A stretch of 64,000 bases of DNA from contig CAWEEQ010000004.1 of assembly GCA_963808235.1 (NCBI GenBank), forward strand, positions 2,400,001 to 2,464,000. The letters run 5' to 3'. The DNA comes from an uncultured delta proteobacterium (lineage in GTDB: Bacteria > Desulfobacterota > Binatia > Binatales > Binataceae). Below the pieces are notes generated by a model. That model searched no databases and was not told where the DNA came from. It saw only the letters and a list, made by a program, of their open reading frames with translations. Positions 20,816 through 31,200 of the stretch are shown one piece after another; position 1 is the first letter of the stretch, and each line of letters begins with the position of its first letter. Both the position numbers and the translations under genes were made by a program.

Positions 20816-21235
20816 TTACGGCCGCTCCTGCGCGTAGTCCCACGAGATCGTCCGCGCCGGCTTGAAGCTCACCAGCACCACCTTGTTTCCGCTGAGCGAC
20901 TTGGCGTACGCCTTGCCGAGTTTCTTGCCCAGGTACGCCACTGCCATCCGCTGGGTGCGCTTGTCGTCGATCTTTTCCTCGAACGTCGCGCGGCCTTTCA
21001 GCACCACGGTCTTGTACGGCGCCTTCTTGGTATCGATCACCAGCGTGAGCCGCGGATCGCGCACCAGGCACTTGTATTTGAACGCCTCGGCGCCGGTGTG
21101 AAATCGGATCGTCCCATTGTCGTATTCAAACCAGGTCGGCACCGCATGCGGCGAACCGTCCGGCGCAGTCACGGCGACCACCGCGACGATCGGCTTCTTG
21201 AGCATTTTCTCGATGTCTTTTTTCTTCATCGGCAT
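20816..21235 (-). CDS. PPOX/pyridoxamine 5'-phosphate oxidase-like protein (possibly F420-dependent)
   Basis: DGSPHAVPTWF, RDPRLTLVID, SWDY C-terminus. Confidence 0.8.
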   Translation of the reverse strand: MPMKKKDIEKMLKKPIVAVVAVTAPDGSPHAVPTWFEYDNGTIRFHTGAEAFKYKCLVRDPRLTLVIDTKKAPYKTVVLKGRATFEEKIDDKRTQRMAVAYLGKKLGKAYAKSLSGNKVVLVSFKPARTISWDYAQERP

Positions 21236-21283
21236 GGGGCGATGTCTCCAGGCAAGGCGCGATCCAGAACTAGTGAAAAAAAG

Positions 21284-22084
21284 TTACTTTCCCGCGAAGT
21301 TGGGTTTGCTCTTTTCGCGAAACGCGCGCATCCCTTCGCGCACATCCGCCGACGGATTGGTGATCATCACATTGAGCGCGGCGTCTTCGAGCGCATTCTC
21401 GAGCGTCATCTCGCGCTGCTTGTACATCATGCGCTTGGCGAGCCTTATCGCCAGCGGCGGCCCGTCGGCGAGTCGGCGCGCAAATTCGTGCACCCGCGCC
21501 TCGAGCTCGGCGTGCGGCACCACTTCCGTCACCAGTCCCAGTTCGAGCGCGGTCTTCGCATCGTAGACTTCCGATAGCAGCGTCATCTTGAGCGCGCGAT
21601 CAAGACCCATGAATCGCGGAAACAGGTACGCGCCGCCCTCATCGCACAGCAGCGCAAACTTGAGCGCGGTATCTCCGAGCCGCGCCTGGTCCGACGCGAT
21701 TCTGAAATCGCACGAGAGCGCCAGCGTAAGCCCGCCCGCGACCGCCGCGCCGTTGATCGCCGCGATCACCGGTTTGTCGAATCGATGCAGCGAGAGCACC
21801 AGTTGATGGAACCCCTCACGCATTTCGAGCATGTGTCCCATCGGATGCCCATGGAAGCGCGAGCGGCTCTCCGGCGCCCCGCTGATATCGCCGCCGGCGC
21901 AAAACGCGCGCCCGCTGCCGGTGATTATCAGCACGCGCACGTCGTCATCCTGCCGAGCAAGATCGATCGCCGCGCACATCTCCTTGACCATCGTCTCGTT
22001 GTACCCATTCATCCGCTCAGCGCGGTTGATGGTAATTTTCGCGATCTTGTCGCGCGAGCCATAAATGATCGTCTTGAAGTCCAT
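21284..22084 (-). CDS. Enoyl-CoA hydratase/isomerase
   Basis: GRAFCAGGD, PVIAAINGAAVAGG, EGMRAFREK. Confidence 0.92.
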   Translation of the reverse strand: MDFKTIIYGSRDKIAKITINRAERMNGYNETMVKEMCAAIDLARQDDDVRVLIITGSGRAFCAGGDISGAPESRSRFHGHPMGHMLEMREGFHQLVLSLHRFDKPVIAAINGAAVAGGLTLALSCDFRIASDQARLGDTALKFALLCDEGGAYLFPRFMGLDRALKMTLLSEVYDAKTALELGLVTEVVPHAELEARVHEFARRLADGPPLAIRLAKRMMYKQREMTLENALEDAALNVMITNPSADVREGMRAFREKSKPNFAGK

Positions 22085-22110
22085 AGCTCTGCTCCTATCT
22101 TGTCTGAATA

Positions 22111-22176
22111 TCCTGACCTCTCCTTGTCCGAGGAGAGGTCGCGTGAGCGAGGAACGAAGCGAACGCGGGAGAGGTT
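22111..22176. repeat. REP-like hairpin (CCTCTCC..GGAGAGG family)
   Basis: GACCTCTCCT-TGTCCG-AGGAGAGGTC inverted repeat followed by CGGGAGAGG. Confidence 0.5.
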
Positions 22177-22228
22177 CAACGCCGGACCGCGCGAAACTTC
22201 CGGCGTTTCACCGAACGCGAAAATCCTG

Positions 22229-23038
22229 CTACCTGCCTTTGAAAGTCGGCGGACGCTTCTCCAAAAATGCCTTCACCGCCTCGCGATGGTCCTCGGTGCG
22301 GCCCGTCATCGTTTGCCCCCACGCCTCGCGGTCGAGCAGCTCGTTGAACTCATGCGTCAACGCGGCATTGAGGTTCGCCTTCATGTAGGTGTACGCAATC
22401 GTCGGTCCGTTCGCGATTCGAGACGCGAGCGCATGCACCTCGTCGCGGAACGACGCCGCCGGCACGACCCGGTTGGCTAGTCCGATCCTGAGCGCCTCTT
22501 CGGCCGGGATCACGTCGGCCAGAAAGTACAGTTCGCGCGCCTTCGCCGATCCAACCAACTGCGTGAGCGACCAGGTACCGCCGTAATCGCCCGAGAAGCC
22601 GACCTTCGCGAACGCGGTGCCAAATCGCGCCGCGTCCGACGCGATCCTGAGATCGCACGCCATCGCGAGGCTGAGTCCCGCGCCCGCCGCCGGCCCGTTG
22701 ACCGCCGCGATCGTCACCTTCGACATCTGATGCAGCAGCGCCGACGCCTCTTCACCGCGGCGAAGTCCCGCAACTCGATCCTCGATCGTCGTCGCCGTTC
22801 CCTCGCTGGCGCCGGCGCCCTCGTTGCGATCGCGCATCCCGCCGATATCTCCGCCCGAGCAGAATCCGCGCCCGGCTCCAGTCAGTACCACGGCGCCGAT
22901 TTCGGAATTGGTCGCCGCGCGAGCCAGGTTATCGACCAGCCCACCCATCATTTCGGCGCTCATGGCGTTGAGTTTGTCGGGCCGGTTCAGCGTGAGATAC
23001 AGCACGCGGTCCTTTATTTCGGTGAGCAGGTCTCCCAT
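22229..23038 (-). CDS. Enoyl-CoA hydratase/isomerase (PaaG-like)
   Basis: LNRPDKLNA, GRGFCSGGD, NGPAAGAGLSLA, DHREAVKAFLEKRPP. Confidence 0.92.
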   Translation of the reverse strand: MGDLLTEIKDRVLYLTLNRPDKLNAMSAEMMGGLVDNLARAATNSEIGAVVLTGAGRGFCSGGDIGGMRDRNEGAGASEGTATTIEDRVAGLRRGEEASALLHQMSKVTIAAVNGPAAGAGLSLAMACDLRIASDAARFGTAFAKVGFSGDYGGTWSLTQLVGSAKARELYFLADVIPAEEALRIGLANRVVPAASFRDEVHALASRIANGPTIAYTYMKANLNAALTHEFNELLDREAWGQTMTGRTEDHREAVKAFLEKRPPTFKGR

Positions 23039-23078
23039 ATTTTTGCCTCCAGAATTCGGTTCGTCTTCAGGTACTACT

Positions 23079-23954
23079 TCAGGTAACCGATTCTGTCGAG
23101 GCTAACCTGTTAAGCGCGTCGGCTACCGATTGAGTGCCGTCGAGATCATGACCCAGTGCGGCCGCCGAGTTGAACATCGAGACCATCAGCGCGAGTCCCG
23201 GCAGCGCGAGCCTGGCGTCGCGCGCAGCCTCCGTCACCAGGCGCAGATCCTTGCGAATCAGCTTGACGAAAAACCCGGGCCGATTGTCGCCCGCGACTAT
23301 TTTCGGACCGAGATTCGCAAGCTGCCACGAGGCCGCCGCGCCCGCTCCCAGAGCCTCCACGACCCGCGCCGGATCGAGACCGCCGGCCTGCGCGAGCTTG
23401 ATAGCCTCGGCCGCCGCTTCGAGCGTCAGCGCAACCGCGATCTGATTGGCGAGCTTGGTCATCTGCCCCGCGCCCGACTGACCCATATGGGTCGTGCGAC
23501 GCCCAAGATGCTCGAACAGCGGCCGCGCGCGCTCAAATGCCTTCGCGTCACCGCCGACCATTATCGTGAGCGTGCCCTCGCGAGCGCCGACGTCGCCGCC
23601 CGAGACCGGCGCATCCAGGTAGTCGACGCCGCGAAGCCGCAGACGCGCCGCGATCGCGCGCTCAGCCGCCGGCGAAACCGTGCTCATATCGACGACCAGC
23701 TGACCGCGCTTCAGCGCGGACTCGATCTTCGCGATCGTCGCCTCCACGTCAGGCGTGTCGGGCACCATGACAAAAACAAGTTCGGCCCCCGCAACGCATG
23801 CGGCAGCGTCCGCCGCGACGATCGCTCCGTCAGCGGCAAGAGCGCGCGCCTTCTCCGCCGAGCGATTGAAGACGCGCACGCGATGCCCCGCGCCGAGTAA
23901 CCGTCGCGCCATCGGCGCGCCCATGATTCCGGTTCCAATCCACGCGATTTCCAT
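23079..23954 (-). CDS. NAD(P)-dependent oxidoreductase, 3-hydroxyisobutyrate dehydrogenase family
   Basis: IGTGIMGAPMA, DAPVSGG, GQMTKLANQ. Confidence 0.92.
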   Translation of the reverse strand: MEIAWIGTGIMGAPMARRLLGAGHRVRVFNRSAEKARALAADGAIVAADAAACVAGAELVFVMVPDTPDVEATIAKIESALKRGQLVVDMSTVSPAAERAIAARLRLRGVDYLDAPVSGGDVGAREGTLTIMVGGDAKAFERARPLFEHLGRRTTHMGQSGAGQMTKLANQIAVALTLEAAAEAIKLAQAGGLDPARVVEALGAGAAASWQLANLGPKIVAGDNRPGFFVKLIRKDLRLVTEAARDARLALPGLALMVSMFNSAAALGHDLDGTQSVADALNRLASTESVT

Positions 23955-23977
23955 GCGAACTTCTCCAGCGGAATTAG

Positions 23978-24050
23978 CCTCTCCCTGACTGTTAAAAGGT
24001 TAAAAAGGGAGATGCCGAAGATCGTCTTCGAGCGGCGGGTGAGGGTCCGG
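23978..24050. repeat. REP-like element (CCTCTCCC..GGGAGA..CGGGTGAGGG)
   Basis: Shares motifs with elements at 32256 and 34921. Confidence 0.5.
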
Positions 24051-24154
24051 ACGCAAAAATTTTGGATAGCTTAGGTCCGCTAACAGTCACTCGCTAGTGA
24101 GTACACCCGACCGGCCGGCAAGTTCCAAATCGGCCCGGCGTCAGCCGAGTCCTC

Positions 24155-24472
24155 TCAACGGATCCCGCCGCCAATTCCGCCCAGTCCGCCGCCCATTCCG
24201 CCCATTCCACCGATCCCGCCAACGTGGACGCCGCCCGGAGGCAGTCCGCCGGAACCGGGGCTCAAGCCGCCGCCAGGCATCACGTGTATCGTGCTATCCG
24301 GCGGATAAGGTGCCGGAGATTCATCGGCGGCAAGTTGCTGGCAAGCAGCCTGGCTCCCGGTGTTGCAGCTCTCTTGAAGCGCAACCCTTTGATCATGCGC
24401 AGCGCAACCGCTGGTGAGCAGTAGCCCCAATGCAAGTGCAAAGGTCGTCAGTTTGAACATAGGTTTTCCCAT
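24155..24472 (-). CDS. Small Gly-rich lipoprotein, unknown function
   Basis: Signal peptide with LTSGC lipobox; C-x7-C; Gly-rich tail. Confidence 0.6.
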   Translation of the reverse strand: MGKPMFKLTTFALALGLLLTSGCAAHDQRVALQESCNTGSQAACQQLAADESPAPYPPDSTIHVMPGGGLSPGSGGLPPGGVHVGGIGGMGGMGGGLGGIGGGIR

Positions 24473-24668
24473 AGTCCTTTACTTACTATCGTAGCTTGGA
24501 AACTCTACCCTGAAACTGAGCTCCGGCCGGGTAGTCTCTTTGGCCCAAGATTAGCGCGCCGTCCGAATACTGTCACCAGTGAAAAATGATACTTGTTACG
24601 AAACGAAATGAGGACTAAAGCTCGCTCCCAAACCATCGCCGAAAGCGAGCTATCATAAAGGCACAATC

Positions 24669-25769
24669 ATGACCCTCGATCGCGCCAGCAAAGTAATCGA
24701 AGCAGGCATCGAGCGCGGGCTGCATATCGGCGCGCAGCTCTATGTCTCGCATGATGGCAATTGCGTCGGCGATCTCGCATTCGGCCTCGCGCGCGAGGGC
24801 GTTGCGATGACTCCCGACACGATCATGCTGTGGATGTCATCGACCAAGCCGATCACCGCGATCGCAATCGGGCAGATCTGGGAGCGCGGGAAAATTGCGC
24901 TCGACGACCCCGTGGCGAAATACATTCCGGAATTCGGCGCAAAGGGAAAAGAAGCAATCACGATTCGCCACGTCCTGACTCATACCGGCGGCTTCCGCGC
25001 TGCGGTCGGTCCGTGGACCAATGATCCGTGGGACCAGATCATCGCGCAGATTTGCGCCGCCGAGATCGAAGCGGGATGGATCGTCGGCCAAACCTCCGGC
25101 TACCACATCGCGTCAGGATGGTACGTGCTGGGCGAGATAGTCCGCCGCGTATGCGCAGACGGCCGCCCCTATAGCGAGTACGTCCGCGAGCAAATCTGCG
25201 AGCCGCTTGGGATGCGCGATACGTGGATCGGGATGCCCGCGGCGCGATGGCGCGCGTATGGCGATCGAATCGCGCCGATGCATTTCGGCGCTACCTTCAA
25301 GCGCCCCCAACCGCATAACTACCCACCGTGGTCCAACACCGCAGAAGCAGTTGCGATCGAGCGGCCGGGCGGCAACGGCCGCGGCCCGATTCACGACCTG
25401 GGACGATTTTACGAAGCGATGCTCGCGGGAGGCGAAGGTGTCGTCACGCCGCAAACTATCGAAGCGATCGCCTCGCGGCACACCATCGGCCTTCTCGACA
25501 AGACTTTCCAGTTCCAGCTCGATCGTGGACTCGGCGTCGTGCTCGATTCGAAACAGTACGGCCCGCTTTCCGGATGGTACGGCACGCGATGCTCTCCGCG
25601 CACGTGGGGGCACGCCGGCTACAACTGCTCGGTGGGATTCCTCGATCCGGAAAATCGTATCGTCGTCGCACTGGTGTTCAACGGGATGCCCGAAGCCGAG
25701 CCCGCCTTGCACGTGGAGCGCGCTGGCGCGACTGTCGACGCGGTCTACGAGGAACTTGGAATTGGCTAA
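24669..25769 (+). CDS. Serine hydrolase (class C beta-lactamase/esterase family)
   Basis: SSTK SxxK motif, LDDPVAKYIPEF, LTHTGG, YH, GHAG. Confidence 0.9.
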   Translation: MTLDRASKVIEAGIERGLHIGAQLYVSHDGNCVGDLAFGLAREGVAMTPDTIMLWMSSTKPITAIAIGQIWERGKIALDDPVAKYIPEFGAKGKEAITIRHVLTHTGGFRAAVGPWTNDPWDQIIAQICAAEIEAGWIVGQTSGYHIASGWYVLGEIVRRVCADGRPYSEYVREQICEPLGMRDTWIGMPAARWRAYGDRIAPMHFGATFKRPQPHNYPPWSNTAEAVAIERPGGNGRGPIHDLGRFYEAMLAGGEGVVTPQTIEAIASRHTIGLLDKTFQFQLDRGLGVVLDSKQYGPLSGWYGTRCSPRTWGHAGYNCSVGFLDPENRIVVALVFNGMPEAEPALHVERAGATVDAVYEELGIG

Positions 25770-26698
25770 CGCTGGCCGGTCCATTCGGGACGCGCGACCT
25801 GACGCCATCGCGCCCGAATCGCTTGATACTCCGCTACCGGCAGCGGTCCCGCATTCGCGTATCCGATATTCTGCGCGATACGCTCGACTCGGGTCGTGCC
25901 GACGATCGCAGTGCTGACGCCGGCGGTGCCGAGCGTGAATCGAAGCGCGGTCGCGACCGCCGCCTCAACGTCTCCCTTGAGAAAGTCGTAGTCGAGCTCA
26001 CGAAGCCGATCCCAATATGGCTGCGAGTACCAATCGGCGGGCGGCTTGGTGCCGCTGCGCCATGCGGCATTGGCAATCGGACGCTTGACGATCACGCCAA
26101 TCCCGCGCGCCGATGCTTTCGGCGTCACGCGATCGACGGCCTCCTGATCCGCGATACTGAGCGAAATCTGCAGCGTGTCGAAAATCCCCATCTCGACTGC
26201 GTACAGCGCGTCGTCGGAGTCGCCGCTGTATCCGATGTACCTGGTTTTGCCGGCGTCGCGCGCGCGAGCGAGCACGTCGATCACGCGGTCATCGCGGAGA
26301 GTCTCGGCTGAGCAACTATGAAATTGCATCACGTCGACATAGTCGGTCTTGAGATTTTTGAGACTGCGGTCGATGCTCGCGGAGAGCATCGCGGGCTCCC
26401 AATCCGCCTGCGCATAGCCCGAAGCGCGGTCCGACCCGGACTTGAGCGGCGCATGCCCGCATTTGGTCATCAGGATCACGTCGGCGCGCCGGCGCGCGAG
26501 AGCCTTTCCGAGTAGCTGCTCTCCGTTGGCGTAGCATTCGGCGGTGTCGACGACGTTGATGCCCGAGTCGAGCGCGGTGCCGACGATCTTGTCGACGGTC
26601 TTCTGCGCGACTTCCTGGTAGCCGATTTCCGAACCGCCCAGTCCGAGCGCGCTGACCCGAATTCCGGTCTTGCCGAGGGTGCGATATTCGATTGCCAT
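25766..26698 (-). CDS. Aldo/keto reductase
   Basis: YRTLGKTGIRVSALGLG, DTAECY, SLKNLKTDYVD. Confidence 0.92.
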   Translation of the reverse strand: MAIEYRTLGKTGIRVSALGLGGSEIGYQEVAQKTVDKIVGTALDSGINVVDTAECYANGEQLLGKALARRRADVILMTKCGHAPLKSGSDRASGYAQADWEPAMLSASIDRSLKNLKTDYVDVMQFHSCSAETLRDDRVIDVLARARDAGKTRYIGYSGDSDDALYAVEMGIFDTLQISLSIADQEAVDRVTPKASARGIGVIVKRPIANAAWRSGTKPPADWYSQPYWDRLRELDYDFLKGDVEAAVATALRFTLGTAGVSTAIVGTTRVERIAQNIGYANAGPLPVAEYQAIRARWRQVARPEWTGQR

Positions 26699-26982
26699 GA
26701 CGAGTTGGCAGATTATTGGGAAGTGTGAAGCGAAGCAAAAGCAAAGGTCGGGTGTTGATTCGTGTGCTTGCCGACACTTGCCATCCGGATCAGGCTCGAT
26801 CAACTTTTGCGCACTGCGGCAGGTGGCGGGAGCGATATCGGGACGATCCATTTCACCTTGCCAAAATGACGTGTCGCGACCTGGCTCGGTTGGATTGGGC
26901 GGTTGGATGTTTCATTCAGATGCACGGATACAGTTTGCCGCGGATTTATGTTCTCCGTAAGGATGAACTGTTCAGCCTTGAC

Positions 26983-27013
26983 GCAGGGGCCAGCCCCTGC
27001 ACCTGAGTGAGGA
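26983..27013. repeat. 31-bp direct repeat copy 1 (GCAGGGGCCAGCCCCTGCACCTGAGTGAGGA)
   Basis: Identical to 27823-27853; contains perfect GCAGGGGC/GCCCCTGC hairpin. Confidence 0.85.
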
Positions 27014-27172
27014 GCCGGCTCCGTTGTCGCCGGGAGGCGAGATCGTACGCGAAACACTTTTCACTTGTCGCGTGCGGGTGAGGAGGCGATGCTGCTGCGA
27101 GCGCCGGCTGCTTCCGCAGATGGAACCCTGGTAGGGGGGCTTTCGGTTATAGATCGGGGAGGAATACTCGAT

Positions 27173-27760
27173 ATGCGCACAATCGTTCCGGTGGCGATCT
27201 TCGCGGCAATCGCGGCGCTGGCGGCGCCGGCCTTCGCCGATTCAATCCATCTCAAGATTGATCCATCCGCGAGCAAGGTGACGACCGACGTTGCGGAGCC
27301 GGACCGCGCCAAGGGCAACGCTACCGGCAAGTTCGAAATCAAGTCGGGCGAGGTTTCCGGCGATACGGCGAATCCCGCGGCCGGGACCGTCAGTATCGTG
27401 CTGGACGCACAAAGCTATGACAGCGGGAATCCGTTTCGCGATGACGCCGTGTTCGGGCTCCTCGATGCGCGTACCTATCCCACGATCACGTTCCAGAGCA
27501 CCGCTCTTCAGAATGTCGCGACCAGCTCGGCGAATGCGGGTACGGCGACCGTGGTCGGCAATTTGACCATCCATAACACCACGCGACCGGTCAGCGTGCC
27601 GATCAAGATGGCACTCGACTCGGCGCAGCATCTGACGGTCGACGGCGCAGTGACCTTCAACTACGCCGACTACGGGGTGAAGGTGCCGAGCCTGCTCGGG
27701 ATGACAGCCGCCAATGAAGTCACGGTGACGCTTCATATCGTGGCGGTGCCCAAGCAGTAA
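27173..27760 (+). CDS. YceI family periplasmic lipid/polyisoprenoid-binding protein
   Basis: Signal peptide; SGNPFRD, YPTITFQS, GNLTIHNTTRPV, DYGV; GGAGG RBS. Confidence 0.9.
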   Translation: MRTIVPVAIFAAIAALAAPAFADSIHLKIDPSASKVTTDVAEPDRAKGNATGKFEIKSGEVSGDTANPAAGTVSIVLDAQSYDSGNPFRDDAVFGLLDARTYPTITFQSTALQNVATSSANAGTATVVGNLTIHNTTRPVSVPIKMALDSAQHLTVDGAVTFNYADYGVKVPSLLGMTAANEVTVTLHIVAVPKQ

Positions 27761-27822
27761 GGGCGAAAGAGAGAACAACTTGATTTAATGTGAAACCCAC
27801 CTGGGTTTCACGGCTTCCTTGG

Positions 27823-27853
27823 GCAGGGGCCAGCCCCTGCACCTGAGTGAGGA
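27823..27853. repeat. 31-bp direct repeat copy 2
   Basis: Identical to 26983-27013; preceded by GTGAAACCCA-CC-TGGGTTTCAC hairpin (27790-27811). Confidence 0.85.
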
Positions 27854-28261
27854 TAAAAGATGCGGCGCGGAGCGCCTGTTCGAACTGGTTTATGGGAGAA
27901 GGTGATGCTGTTCTGGTGATCGCCGATGTATCGGCGCGGTGTTGCTCGATGGGATGGAGACTCAGGGCGAACGCAACTGTCGCGCGGCGAATCCAGATCT
28001 GGCTGCGGCATTCTGACTTGAACTTGATGTAGTGAAACCTGCCGGTGCGCCCCGGGGGCGATTGCTAACTGCCAGTTGAAGCGGTTCAACTCGATTCTGC
28101 TTGACATGCTTTGACACGCGTGAGACCGTCACGCTTGTCGTTGATTTGCGGGGGAGCGTTTCGACCTTCCGATTCTGCCTGAATCACGCACCATCTGTGG
28201 GTTTGCGAGAGCCTTGCGACCGGCGCGCTGGGCTCCACAGTGAACGCCGCGGGGGATTGGC

Positions 28262-31200
28262 GTGAAGCATAAGAGCGTTACGGCAGCCGTGGTGCTGCTG
28301 GCGGTGACCATTGCGCTTTCGGTGTGGGGCGATTCTACCCAGCTTAGTATCTCGGGCGGCTCGGATACGGTGACCGGCAACTCGCCGAGCACGCTTAATT
28401 TTCCGATCGCGCGTGGTGGCGATCTCAGCTACGACGCGTTTCTTCAGTACCAGACTATGGACGGGACCGCGATCGCGGGGACTGACTACACGGCGGCGAG
28501 CGGGTCGGTTGTGATTCCAGCCGGCCAAACCAGCGGGACGATTCCGGTGACGGTCGCCGGCAGCAACAGCAATCCGCCTGACAAAATGTTTCAGATGCTG
28601 TTGCTCGGCGGTGGCGGTGCGGGAATGGGCTTCACGCCCAGCTTCGCCACCCAGCAGACCTTCGGCACGGGCAGCCAGCCGAGCTCGGTGACGGTGGCCG
28701 ATGTCAATGGCGACGGCAAGCCCGACCTGATCGTGGCAAATCTCAACAGCAATACGGTCTCGGTGCTGCTCAACACCACCGCGCCGGGCGCAGCCACGCC
28801 CAGCTTCGCCACCGAGCAGACCTTCACTGTGGGCAGCCTTCCGCGATCGGTGACGGTGGCCGACCTCAACGGCGACGGGCTGCCCGACCTGATCGTGGCG
28901 AATCAAGGTGACAACACGGTATCGGTGCTGCTGAACAGCACCACCCCAGGCGCCACCACGCCCAGCTTCGCGACCCAGCAGACCTTCGCCGTGGGCAGCG
29001 GCCCGTACTCGGTGACGACGGCCGACCTCAACGGCGACGGCTTGGCCGACGTGATTGTGGCGAATGAGGCCAGCAACACGGTTTCGGTGCTGCTCAACAA
29101 GACCGCGCCGGGCGCCAGCACGGCCAGCTTCGCCAGTCAGCAGACCTTTGCTACGGGCAGCAAGCCGTTCTCAGTGACGGCGGCGGATGTCAACGGCGAC
29201 GGCAAGCCCGACCTGATCGCTACTAGTGCCAACGGCGTCTCGGTGCTGCTCAACACGACCGCCCCGGGCGCGACCACGCCCAGCTTCGCCACCCAGCAGA
29301 CCTTTGCAGCGAGCACCTCCCCGTTCTCGGTGACGGTAGCCGACATCAACGGCGACGGCTTGCCCGACCTGATTGTCGCGAACTTGAACGGCAACACGGT
29401 CTCGGTGCTGCTCAACACCACCACCCCCGGCGCCACCACGCCCAGCTTCGCCACCCATCAGGACTTCGCTGCGGGCAATCACCTGTACTCGGTGACGGCA
29501 GCCGACGTCAACGGCGACGGCAAGCCCGACCTGATCGTCGCGAATGAGTTAGACAGAACGGTCTCGGTGCTGCTCAACACCACCGCCCCGGGCGCCACCA
29601 CCCCTAGCTTCGTCACCCAGCAGACCTTTGCTACGGGCAACGGCCCGAGCTCGGTGACAGCGGCCGACATCAACGGCGACGGTAGGCCCGACCTGATCGT
29701 GGCGAATGGCGGCGAATTCACGGTCTCGGTGTTGCTCAACACCACTCCGGCGCCGACGACGGCGTTTGACGGCAACAGCTTCACCACCCATCAGGACTTT
29801 GGCACCGGCAACGCCCCGAGTTCTGTGACGACAGCCGACATTAACGGGGACGGGTTGCCCGACCTGATCGTGGCGAATGACGGTAGCGCCAGCAAGGTCT
29901 CGGTGTTGCTGAACACCACCGCTCCGGGCTCGACCACGCCCAGCTTCGCCGCCCAGCAGACGTTTGGCATCGGAGGCTTTCCAACATCGGTGACGGCGGC
30001 GGACGTGAACGGCGACGGCAAACCTGACCTGATCGTCGCGAATTCCAACGGTAACTCAGTCTCGGTGCTGCTCAACACCACCAGCCCAGGAGCGACGACG
30101 GCCAGCTTCGCAAGTGGCCCTAATGGCGCTCTGTTTGTTTTCGCCGCGGGAAGCTTTCCGACCTCGGTGACGGCGGCCGACATCAACGGCGACGGGAAGC
30201 CCGATCTGATTGTCGCTAATTTCGGCGGCAACACCGTCTCCGTGCTGCTCAACACCACCGCGCCGGGGGCGACCACTCCAACCTTCGCTATCCAGCAGAC
30301 CTTCGCCGTCGGCAGCGAACCGTCCTCGGTGACGGCGGCCGACATCAACGGCGACGGCTTGCCCGACCTGATCGTGACGAATTCGAGCGACAACACCGTC
30401 TCGGTGCTGCTCAACACGACCGCCCCGGGCGCCACCACCCCGAGCTTTGCCACCCAGCAGACCTTTGCCACTGGCATCCTCCCGGAAGGGGTGACGACGG
30501 CCGACATCAACGGCGACGGCAGGCCCGACCTGATCGTCGCGAACGCGGGCCTCAACCTCCACGGCAACACGGTCTCGGTGCTGCTCAACACGACGACTCC
30601 GGGCGCCACCACCCCCAGTTTCGCCACCCAGCAGACGTTTGTCACGGGAAGCGGCCCGTTCTCTGTGATAACGAGCGACGTGAACGGCGACGGCAAACCC
30701 GACCTGATCGTGGCGGATCTCTCCAGCTCCCTGGTCTCGGTGCTGCTCAACACCACCGCCCCGGGCGCGACCACGCCCAGCTTCGCCACCCAGCAGACCT
30801 TTGCCACGGGCATCGAACCGCAATCGGTTAAGGCAGTAGACGTCAACGGCGACGGCCAGCCCGACCTGATCTTGTCGAATGGTGCCGGCAACACGGTCTC
30901 GGTGTTGTTAAATAGTCTGTATGCTGCCGCCGCTTCCGGCAGTCCGGCGACTGGGACGATCCATTACGCCGTACCGACGCCGACGCCAACCGCTACGGCC
31001 ACGGCTACTGCGACCGCGACTGCAACTGAGACGGCTACTGCGACGAGCGACAGCTACGGCAACATCAACGGCGACTGCGACGCCGACGGCGACGCCGACG
31101 ACTTCGATTGCGGTGCCGACAGCGCTCTCATTCTTCAGCGTGCCGGTTAACGACACCGTCACCGACGACCTGATTGTCAAAAACACCGGCACGCAGCGAC

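Noticed and set aside
26800-27057. Minus-strand ORF with faint resemblance to a group II intron maturase tail (RHFGKVK)
   Set aside because: Similarity too weak; no RT motifs or intron domain V seen
26983-27853. 31-bp palindromic direct repeats as a CRISPR array
   Set aside because: Only two copies, separated by 809 bp containing a gene; no cas genes
27855-28260. Riboswitch or ncRNA in the adhesin leader
   Set aside because: No recognisable c-di-GMP or other aptamer consensus by eye; an Infernal search would be needed
28630-30915. Diversity-generating retroelement behind the variable repeat loops
   Set aside because: No reverse transcriptase or non-coding template repeat; variation includes indels and does not appear adenine-specific
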